Assembly: GCA_002269645.1 (NCBI GenBank)
Contig: NIVC01000127.1
Coordinates: forward strand, 248,001-312,000
Source: Macrostomum lignano
Lineage: Eukaryota
DNA length: 64,000 nucleotides
Reading direction: 5' to 3'
Part shown: piece by piece, positions 10,238 to 20,980 of the stretch
Position numbering within the stretch: the first letter of the stretch is position 1
Layout: each line of letters starts with the position of its first letter
Program-made: the position numbers and the translations under genes
The notes under the pieces: generated by a model
The model's database searches: none
What the model was told of the DNA's origin: nothing
What the model saw: only the letters and a program-made list of their open reading frames with translations

Positions 10238-13200
10238 TCACGGCCTGTACAGTCGGCAGCGGTGCGTCCGCACTCGGGTCTCGCACTGTTGGCAGTCCAC
10301 CCTGATCGGGTTGGACTTCATCTGGCAGCGGCACCACTCCCGCTGGATGATGTACATTGGCGCAAAGTTGAACTCGCCGCAGCACAACCTCTCGCAGGAG
10401 TTCGGCTGCCCGGCCGCGTCGATAGTGGCGTTGCACTGGCGGTCCTGGACGCCGTAGTAGCCGTCGTGTCTGCTTGCCGTGCAGTAATCCGGCTGAGGTC
10501 GCCAGTGCACCAGGTCCTTCTTGCCGACCCGACCTCGACTGCGGCGTCCAGCGGCTCGCCAGTTGATCGGCACCAGCTTGCCAAACCTGTCCGCTCGGCT
10601 GGACCGTCTTGGCGCTGCTTGGCTCGGTGGTTTCCTCCGCCGCTCAGTCGGGGTGAACAGCTGCACCGGTTTGCTGTCTTGCAGCAGCTGGCGCAGGTTC
10701 GCCTCCAGCTTGCCAGAGAGGCGGCGCATGCCTTTGATGCAGATCTGCTTGGTGCACGAGCCCGACACGCCCAGGCAGTGGCAGATCCTCACCTGGCTGT
10801 GGCGGGCCGCCTGGCAACGGCGTGGGTTGGGGAGTTCGCGCTGGGGGATGAAGGAGTTTGGATCGTGGGTTGTGGGATTCATGCTGGGTGATGAAGGAGT
10901 CTGGGGATCGTGGGTTGGGGATCCGTGCTGGGTGATGAAGGAGTCTGGGGATCGTGGGTTGGGGATCCGTGCTGGGTGATGGAGTCTGGGAACGGATTGA
11001 GTTGGGGAGTTTGCACTGGTTGATGAAGGAGTCGGAGAACGGATTGAGTTGGAAGTTTGCTCTGGTTGATGAAGGATTCTGGGAACGGGTTGGGTTGGGG
11101 AGTTCGCGCTGGGGGATGAAGGAGTCTGGATCGTGGGTTGTGGGATTCATGCTGGGTGATGAAGGAGTCTGGGGATCGTGGGTTGGGGATTCGTGCTGGG
11201 TGATGAAGGAGTCTGGGGATCGTGGGTTTGGGGGTTCGTGTTGGGTGAAGGAGTCTGGGAACGGATTGAGTTGGGGTTGGGGAGTTCGTGCTGGTTGATG
11301 AAGGAGGCTGAAAACGGGTTGGGTTGGGGAGTTCGCGCTGGGGGATGAAGGAGTCTGGGTACGAGTTGGTTTGGGGAGTTTCACATGGTTGGTGAAGGAG
11401 CCTGGGGATCGTGAGTTTTTTTGGGGAGTTTAACTGGTTGATGAAGGATTCTGGGAACGGGTTGTTTTGGAGAGTTCGCGCTGGGCGATGAAGGAGTCTG
11501 GGTAGTGAGCTATGGAGTTCGTGCTGGGTGATGAAGGAGTCTACATATTTATTTTTATTGAAAATGAAACTAAAAATTCTATTCGGAAGCAAGTGTTACG
11601 CCATTCTACTACAGGGGTTAACAGCTCCAACAGGCCAAGTCTCGTGCTAAGCGCTCACAATCTGGCCAGCCCTCCTGTTGTGCACGTTGACCAGCATTGG
11701 CAGCGGCAGCGGCCCCCCAACCGCTCTCAGGTTGGCCCTCGTGTCGGCGAAGAACTGGCGAACTCTTCGACTGGCCAACCGCAGATTGTCGTCGCAGGAC
11801 GGCAGAGAAATCCCGCCGTATTTCTGCCCGAGCGTCTCCGGCAGCTGCTGCTGGCCGCGGTCGACGCTGCGGCCGGCGCGTCGGCGCGAACTCCAAGCCG
11901 TGGCGTCGTCGGCGCCACCTGGCGAGGACAGCACGGTAGGGCGGGAGCTGACGGACCGGCAAGGGCAGTTCAGGCCCGGCTGGCCGCGCCGACACGCCAG
12001 GGCCAGCTCCTCCACGGCCTTGGCGGCTGCCATCGCCCAGACAAAGCCGGCCTGCGGGTAGCCTTGGGAGGCAGGGGGTGCTGGTTCGGGTAGTTGGGGA
12101 TTGCGTTTGCGATAGGACAGATAGCTAGGATTATTCGCACTAGATGCTGCTAGGATGCCCGTAGCAACTAATGAGAAGCCATCGACAAGCTGACAAGAGG
12201 CTAATTAGACGCTAAGAGAAGCTGACTAGAAGCTAAGAGAAGCTGACTAGAAGCTATGAGAAGCTGACTAGAAGCTAAGAGAAGCTAAGAGAAGCTAAGA
12301 GAAGCTAAGAGAAGCTAAGAGAAGCTAAGAGAGGCTAAGAGAGGCTAAGAGAAGCTGACTAGAAGCTAATTAAAAGCTAAGAGAAACTAAGAGAAGCTGA
12401 CTAGAAGCTAAGAGAAGCTAAGAGAAGCTAAGAGAAGCTAAGAGAGGCTAAGAGAGGCTAAGAGAAGCTGACTAAAAGCTAATTAAAAGCTAAGAGAAAC
12501 TAAGAGAAGCTGACTAGAAGCTAAGAGAAGCTGACTAGAAGCTAAGAGAAGCTGACTAGAAGCTAAGAGAAGCTAAGAGAAGCTAAGAGAAGCTGACTAG
12601 AAGCTAATTAAAATCTAAGAGAAGCTAAGAGAAGCTGACTAGAAGCTAAGAGAAGCTAAGAGAAGCTAAGAGAAGCTAAGAGAAGCTGACTAGAAGCTAA
12701 TTAAAATCTAAGAGAAGCTAAGAGAAGCTGACTAGAAGCTAAGAGAAGCTAAGAGAAGCTAAGAGAAGCTAAGAGAAGCTAAGAGAAGCTAAGAGAAGCT
12801 AAGAGAAGCTAAGAGAAGCTAAGAGAAGCTAAGAGAAGCTAAGAGAAGCTAAGAGAAGCTAAGAGAAGCTAAGAGAAGCTAAGAGAAGCTAAGAGAAGCT
12901 AAGAGAAGCTAAGAGAAGCTAAGAGAAGCTAAGAGAAGCTAAGAGAAGCTAAGAGAAGCTAAGAGAAGCTAAGAGAAGCTAAGAGAAGCTAAGAGAAGCT
13001 AAGAGAAGCTAAGAGAAGCTAAGAGAAGCTAAGAGAAGCTAAGAGAAGCTGAGAGAAGCTAAGAGAAGCTAAGAGAAGCTAAGAGAAGCTAAACAAAACA
13101 CACTATATAAACCTGAGTGTGTATCGGCTATAACAGTGCTTCCCTCAATAAATCGTTTTTCTCTACGCTACTGGCCTCCAAATTTTACAGATTTTCATTT

Positions 13201-16200
13201 TCCATCTTACCCACAGTAAATTTCTTTCTAGCTTCATACTACGCATTTCACTTCGGTGGCAGCTGAAGCCCCCCCCCTTGTGCCGCGCTCTGCGTAACCG
13301 CATCAAAGCATCAAAATTCCAGAAATAAATGGCTTCATAAATCACTTTAGTCTGTGAGGGGGTTGCCACAGACTTCTGGTTGGGATCAGCTAGACAAGGT
13401 GAATTGTACGGGATGTGCGGAATGGGCTGCAGCATTGGTTCCTATATTGATGAATGTGCTCGCGGTGCTAAGCCGAAAACAGCAACTTCTTTTGCCCAGC
13501 TGCAGTGCAGAGGGTCAGTCGGCATTCGAATTTTCTATAGAGTAAATGCACTACTTGGCAAAACCAAACTATAAAACTTTGCTGAGCTCTTCTAATAGTT
13601 GGAAAACTCCCATCTTTGAAAAGACTATGGAGACTGCAATCCTCAGTTCACTGAGCCTGCAATCCTGAGTTCACTGGGCCTGCAATTCTCAGTTCATTGC
13701 ATAAGGCTGTAGTCCTCAGTTCACTGAGTTAGAAGCAGTTAACCCTAGGTAGAACACAATCCCAGGTAGAACCACAACCCCAAGTAGAACCAAAACCCCA
13801 GGTAGAACAACCCCAAATAGAACCAAAACTCCAGGTAGAACCACAAGCCCAGGTAGAACCACAAGCCCAGGTAGAACAACAACCCTAGGTAGAACCACAA
13901 CCCCAGGTAGAACCACAACCCCAGGTAGAACCACAACCCCAGGTAGAACCGCAACCCCAGGTAGAACCGCAACCCCAGGTAGAACCGCAACCCCAGGTAG
14001 AACCGCAACCCCAGGTAGAACCACAACCCCAAGTAGAACCGCAACCCCAGGTAGAACCGCAACCCCAGGTAGAACCGCAACCCCAGGTAGAACCGCAACC
14101 CCAGGTAGAACCGCAACCCCAGGTAGAACCACAACCCCAGGTAGAACCACAACCCCAGGTAGAACCACAACCCCAGGTAGAACCACAACCCCAGGTAGAA
14201 CCACAACCCTAGGTAGAACCACAACCCCAGGTAGAACCACAACCCCAGGTAGAACCGCAACCCCAGGTAGAACAACAACCCTAGGTAGAACAACAACCCT
14301 AGGTAGAACCACAACCCCAGGTAGAACCACAACCCTAGGTAGAACCACAACCCCAGGTAGAACCACAACCCCAGGTAGAACCGCAACCCACAACCCTCCG
14401 TCAATGACCTGAGCTCACCAGTGTTTAAAAAATCCTCTTCAAAGGTGCAGTTCCACCTGTGGTGCTGGAACATGACCTGGCAGGCCCGGTAGCCATTCAC
14501 CAGGCCGCTGTGCGCCAGTCGGTCAGCCACGCTGCCGGCGCGGCAGAGGTTGCGCAGACGCGGCGTCAGGTCAGCGGCGGTGCACAGCTCGTCGGGCACA
14601 TGCTTGAGCAGCTGGTAGAATGAGGTCGAGTCCATGGGCGGCTGCTGCCTTCTGAACTGCGACCGTCTGTGGAACAATGAGAGAACCAGCTGTTACCCCT
14701 CTGACTGTTTCCCAGACAGCTGCTGTCCCCTCTGTGACTGTTTCCCAGACAGCTGCTGTCCCCTCCGTGACTGTTTCCCAGACAGCTGCTGTCCCCTCTG
14801 TGACTGTTTCCCAGACAGCTGCTGTCCCCTCTGACTGTTTCCCAGACAGCTGCTGTCCCCTCTGTGACTGTTTCCCAGACAGCTGCTGTCCCCTCCGTGA
14901 CTGTTTCCCAGACAGCTGCTGTCCCCTCTGACTGTTTCCCAGACAGCTGCTGTCCCCTCTGTGACTGTTTCCCAGACAGCTGCTGTCCCCTCCGTGACTG
15001 TTTCCCAGACAGCTGCTGTCCCCTCTGTGGCTGTTTCCCAGACAGCTGCTGTCCCCTCCGTGACTGTTTCCCAGACAGCTGCTCAGCTGCTGTCCCCTCC
15101 ATGACTGTTTCCCAGACAGCTGCTGTCCCCTCCGTGACTGTTTCCCAGACAGCTGCTGTCCCCTCTGACTGTTTCCCAGACAGCTGCTGTCCCCTCTGTG
15201 ACTGTTTCCCAGACAGCTGCTGTCCCCTCCGTGACTGTTTCCCAGACAGCTGCTGTCCCCTCTGTGGCTGTTTCCCAGACAGCTGCTGTCCCCTCCGTGA
15301 CTGTTTCCCAGACAGCTGCTCAGCTGCTGTCCCCTCCATGACTGTTTCCCAGACAGCTGCTGTCCCCTCTGTGACTGTTTCCCAGACAGCTGCTGTCCCC
15401 TCTGTGGCTGTTTCCCAGACAGCTGCTGTCCCCTCCGTGACTGTTTCCCAGACAGCTGCTCAGCTGCTGTCCCCTCCATGACTGTTTCCCAGACAGCTGC
15501 TGTCCCCCTGTGACTGTTTCCCAGACAGCTGCTGTCCCCTCTGTGACTGTTTCCCAGACAGCTGCTGTCCCCTCCGTGCCTGTTTCCCAGACAGCTGCTG
15601 TCCCCTCCGTGACTGTTTCCCAATAATATATAATAATAATATTATATTATATTATTAATGAATATTTTCGAACGCCTGTTGCCATCAAGTGAAATAAATT
15701 AGCACGTGGTTTCCCGCGCTCTCAACAGGATTCGCACGCTGTGGCCCCAATTTAATTATTGATTATTACGCAATTCAATAAACCTTGCCGCTTTCTGAAT
15801 CCCCTTTCCGAGTTGAAGCATTTTTCGCACCTTGTAAACGTGCAGTTTCAAAGGCGAGGTTGTCAAACAGAGCTTGTTCGGTTGGTGCTAATAGCAAGCT
15901 AATCAGACTGACTCGAATGGCACCCGTGACTGCAACTTGCAGTGCGTGTAACATTTGTTTATGCATACTCATGCTGCCTGCAAGCCTCACCTGTTGAGTC
16001 TCGCGAAAATTTTTGAAGCCTGCCAGTCTATAGTAGGTTTCTTAACTGTTGGTACTTAAGATTTTTCACATTCTCAGATATCTGCAGAACTCAAGCTGAT
16101 GAACTGGTTCGATCGTTGCATAATGTACATATTGCCTGCACACTCTGTGCTTTTCACTGCCAATTTTATGCAAAACCTGACTGATCTTTCTGAACTCACT

Positions 16201-17836
16201 CGCTCTTCATCTCTGAACGTCTCCCCTTCATCTCTCTGACACCGTCACACCTCCATTTCTGATGCCTCACTTCTCTGACACCTCCGTTTCTGATCCCTCA
16301 CTTCTCTGACACCTCCGTTTCTGATGCCTCACTTCTCTGACACCTCCGTTTCTGATGCCTCCTCTTTCTGATCCCTCACTTCTCTGACACCTCTTTCTGA
16401 TCCCTCACTTCTCTGACGCCTCCCCTTTCTGATTCCTCACTTCTCTGACACCTCCTTTCTGATCCCTCACTTCTCTGACACCTCCTTTCTGATCCCTCAC
16501 TTCTCTGACACCTCCTTTCTGATGCCTCACTTCTCTGACACCTCCTTTCTGATCCCTCACTTCTCTGACACCCCCTTTCTGATTCCTCACTTCTCTGACA
16601 CCTTCTTTCTGATCCCTCACTTCTCTGACACCTTTCTGATCCCTCACTTCTCTGACACCTCTTTCTGATCCCCCACTTCTCTGACACCTTTCTGATGCCT
16701 CACTTCTCTGACACCCCCTTTCTGATGCCTCACTTCTCTGACACCTCCTTTCTGATGCCTCACTTCTCTGACACCTCCGTTTCTGATCCCTCACTTCTCT
16801 GACGCCTCCCCTTTCTGATTCCTCACTTCTCTGACACCTCCTTTCTGATCCCTCACTTCTCTGACGCCTCCCCTTTCTGATTCCTCACTTCTCTGACACC
16901 TCCTTTCTGATCCCTCACTTCTCTGACACCTCCTTTCTGATGCCTCACTTCTCTGACACCTCCTCTTTCTGATCCCTCACTTCTCTGACACCCCCTTTCT
17001 GATGCCTCACTTCTCTGACACCTTTCTGATCCCTCACTTCTCTGACACCTCTTTCTGATCCCCCACTTCTCTGACACCTTTCTGATCCCTCACTTCTCTG
17101 ACACCTCTTTCTGATCCCCCACTTCTCTGACACCTTTCTGATCCCTCACTTCTCTGACACCTCTTTCTGATCCCTCACTTCTCTGACGCCTCCCCTTTCT
17201 GATTCCTCACTTCTCTGACACCTCCTTTCTGATCCCTCACTTCTCTGACACCTCCTTTCTGATGCCTCACTTCTCTGACACCTCCTTTCTGATGCCTCAC
17301 TTCTCTGACACCTCTTTCTGATCCCTCACTTCTCTGACACCTCCTTTCTGATGCCTCACTTCTCTGACACCTCCTTTCTGATGCCTCACTTCTCTGACAC
17401 CTCCTCTTTCTGATGCCTCACTTCTCTGACACCTCCTCTTTCTGATCCCTCACTTCTCTGACACCTCTTTCTGATCCCCCACTTCTCTGACGCCTCCTCT
17501 TTCTAATCCCTTACTTCTCTGACACCCCCTTTCTGATGCCTCACTTCTCTGACACCCCCTTTCTGATCCCTCACTTCTCTGCCAACCTAGTTCTGATCCC
17601 TCACTTCTCTGATCCTTCCTCACTTGTTTCTTTACTTTTCTGATCCCCTCCTTTCCGCACTTACTCCCGAACACCTAGCGCCTCATCAGTTGAAGTGCTG
17701 CCACTCAACAGTGATCATATACTCACCGAGCTACAGTTGGCCCAGCCAGCAAAAGCAAGCAGACCGCCGGAAGCAGCACAACTGGTAGATGGCTCCGCCG
17801 CAGCTTAAAGTTGCTTTCGAACTGCGAGTTCGCCAT
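10238..17836 (-). CDS. WNT: Wnt-family secreted ligand, divergent (subfamily uncertain, most reminiscent of Wnt9), 444 aa
   Basis: complement(join(10238..10810,11659..12062,14419..14666,17727..17836)), 1335 nt, GT-AG and phase-consistent. Signal peptide ([20 protein letters not shown]), [68 protein letters not shown]...DCQQC; 22 Cys in Wnt-like spacing. Confidence 0.93.
10830..11540. repeat. Degenerate composite tandem repeat (about 44-bp core) filling Wnt intron 3
   Basis: Unit ggtgatgaaggagtctggggatcgtgggttggggatccgtgctg and variants; ends about 20 nt from the acceptor at 10811. Confidence 0.9.
12205..13092. repeat. 10-bp tandem repeat in Wnt intron 2
   Basis: (gctaagagaa)n with gctgactagaa variants. 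Confidence 0.95.
13742..14390. repeat. 18-bp minisatellite in Wnt intron 2
   Basis: Unit gtagaaccacaaccccag; starts about 30 nt after the donor at 14418. Confidence 0.95.
14695..15622. repeat. 31-33-bp minisatellite in Wnt intron 1
   Basis: Unit gactgtttcccagacagctgctgtcccctctgt; ends about 28 nt from the acceptor at 14667. Confidence 0.95.
16255..17625. repeat. About 30-bp minisatellite in Wnt intron 1
   Basis: Unit tttctgatccctcacttctctgacacctcc (27-32-bp variants). Confidence 0.95.
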
Positions 17837-20800
17837 AAGGATTCGACAGGCCTGTCAGCCGATCCTGCTCCTTGAGTCTTCAGGCGCAGCTAATAGTTTA
17901 ATATTTATTTAAAGCAAAACAGTGCGCAATGTCACCTTGTAATTGCTCTAGTCAGCAACCACGGTGAGTAAAGTTATAAATTTGACTATCAGTCAAGCGC
18001 ACCCCCCCCCCACCGAGGAACATGCGGTGAATGGCTTTGGGGGCGTTCGCAGCCAACCCCCGATGAAGTCTGGCCTGCAGCCAATTAAAACTGACCTACC
18101 TCGTGAAGAGCTGCCAGCGAGAGCTTCGAGTGAGCGAAATTTATTATCTCGTTATCCACTCCAGCAGTGCTGATAATAATGCATTTGAACCGTGAATTCC
18201 CTTTTTTAGTCAGAAACTTTCAAAATACCTTTCAATACTTACATGTAGGACGACACAGAATTGCCAGAAAAAATCTGCTTACATGTTATACTTGCATGTG
18301 CATGTAAATTTGAAATCTTAACCTGATCAAAGGTTAGTAATATGAAATTGTCAAACAATCAAAACTGCATGTACGAGTTCGAGTACATGTGTACACGTAT
18401 AAAAATGATCAGCTGGACAAAAGATCACGGATCAGTGTTCGCGTTCTTACGCTCTACTTCTTTTACAACTGCATTCATTAATCAATTGTTATTGACTTCA
18501 CACAAGAAAATGTTTTTAAAAAAGGCTAAGAATATTTTTTCCGATCCCAGAGTGATACCAAAATAGTGAGTCTCTCATTTGACTTTGATTTGTAAATTTG
18601 GCAAAATTGAATGAAAATAGGCGTAAGAATCGATAACAACAGATATGTACTACGTCGTTATCCGTCGATGTAAGTGTAAAAGTACATATTTCTCATCCCA
18701 CTGCTGTAGGGAAATGGTCCGAAATAACGGACGAGATCTTCCGAGTGATTCACCTATGTACAGAGTTTTATCAATTTCGACCGTCAGGTTTATCTGCAGC
18801 TCAAAGATTGTTATAGAGATTTCACTTGAATCGCGCGCTGATGCTGATGACAAAAGATGGAGGGCATAAACTGTCCAGGAAGATTCGTTAATTCTATTCT
18901 GTGAATTTTTGACGGTTTGTAAAAGCCAGCTCTATACTGCCTGAAAATGGTTCCTAATGAATTCTCAATTCTAGCAACGAAACTGTACATAACATAATCT
19001 TTCTGCTTTATATAATGATAATTGACCTTTATTAAATTCAGATTTTTGATAATATTGTTTGCTTGTTCTCTTGTTCTTCTTAGCAGTTGTTATCTAGCTC
19101 TTGCTCTCTTATTCTATTGTCATCATTGGTCTCAATTGTTTGTACATATATTCCCGCATTGTGTATTTTCATAAAAATCTTTTACCGATATTCTCCCGCT
19201 CTGCGTTTATTTGAAATCTTCATTTAATTTTCGCTCGCTTAGCTAATTGTTCCGTTGTGTCTTCGTTTCCGACTAAAAGTTATTCGCTTTGTAAAAAACT
19301 CTTTTGTTGATTCAAAATTTAATAAGTTAAAACTCGCCACCTAACGCAGTAGACTTTTTATTTTTTAGAGATCATTACAAAATAAACTTTATAATTGTAC
19401 CTTACTTTTAAGGTATATCTTATACTAATAGACGAAAGCAGCTGTTACACAATTTTAACACGATTTAAATATGTAAAAGCGCGCATTAAACACTAAAAGC
19501 TTAAACGGCTCATGATCGCGTACGTATTGGCTAGAGTCATGCACGATCATATATATCCTCGTAGATATCGTGATTTTTTAATTTTTACATTAAAATAGCC
19601 TATTTCTTGCGTATAGGAAATTTATGTATTGATTATATACATGTATAATCCCGCACTTGAGTTGCCAGCCGTCTAGGAGGAGATACGCGTTAAATCCGGC
19701 CGGTTCACTCAGCTTTTTAGATATAAGAAGAAGAGAAGAGAAGAAGAGAAATAAGAAGAAGAAGATTGCAATGCTGCTCAATATTCGGTTTTTCTGGCTT
19801 TAATGTCTATATGCCACTCCCACTCGTGGTACGATATCGCAACATCGGCACTAAAAAAGCCAGAAAAACCGACTATACCCTCATTAATCACTCACTAAAG
19901 CCGATTTTCCTGTGCGTTTATCTATGGGATATATCGCAGAGGTCCAATGTTACATGTAATAACATCATGGGTGTTAATTATCCAAAAACACCCGAAACAA
20001 AATTCAAACGACAAAATTTCGCAGACGCAGACATCTGCGTGGCAAAGCGATCATAAAGTGCGACGATAATAAAAAATGTTCGTCAAAACTGCGCAAAATA
20101 TATAAGGACCTATTTTTTTAACAGTTTGCTATCCATATCCATAATCTATATCTATAAATTGTTATATTACGTCATAAAATCAAATTTACTACATTCCAAG
20201 ACAAGCGTGCAGGTCGATTTGAAAAATGTCGCTTAGTTGCCAATTGCCATGCTACACACGGTTTCTTCTTAGTTTTTTATGATGCAGAAAACAGACTTTG
20301 ACGAAACTGTATAGAAAACAGCGATGAATCGAAGGCCAAGGGATAATCTAATTTTGAGGCAACTTCTATTATGAAAGAAACTTCTACTTTTAAATTTGGA
20401 AGATGTCAAACAGGTTTGCTATTTTATTATACTCGCTAAAATTTGGTTAAAATTACCAGTAGGCAGCAAAGTTATCTAAAGTCGAGTAAATTTTAAGCTG
20501 CACCAAAGCATGTATAGATTGCTATTCATGCATCATTATTTATTTATTTATATAAAGTTACAAATGGGGATGATCAGCACTCAGAGTCAGAATTTTAGAA
20601 GTTAAAGTAGCTGTCGAATCAGGTTTGCTATTTTATTATACTCGCTAAAATTGGGAGTTCATTTCGAAACCTAGAAATAGAACTGGTCTTTAATCAATTG
20701 AAGATTTTATTGTTTGCTTTACAGATTATTGAGTTATACACCAACTTGTCTATTTATCTTAAGCAGAGATGTTTCTATGGATTCATGTAAGTTCAACTTA

Positions 20801-20980
20801 AATTGAGAATGGTATTTAATAGCCAGTAATTAGTATATTTTTTAAATTTAATCCAAAAATGAAATACAGATGGAGTATTCTTGATATTAAAAAAATAATT
20901 TATTAGTACTTTGTATTATTTTATTCAAAGCAAAGTTAATACAAAATTTTAATAAATTAAGCTCTTCTCCTTACTTGCAG

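Noticed and set aside
15783-16030. Possible cryptic exons in Wnt intron 1 (donor CAG|GTGAGG at 15990; open stretch [11 protein letters not shown]...SESGK)
   Set aside because: The four-exon Wnt model is already complete and in phase; there is no homology and the splice sites are weak.
13716-17674. Long repetitive ORFs ([29 protein letters not shown])
   Set aside because: Intronic minisatellites of the Wnt gene; only 14419-14666 is a real exon.
18650-18853. LYIGESLGRS as a GIY-YIG (Penelope) endonuclease remnant
   Set aside because: No upstream GIY/VY..C motif, no downstream R..EH, and no reverse transcriptase nearby.
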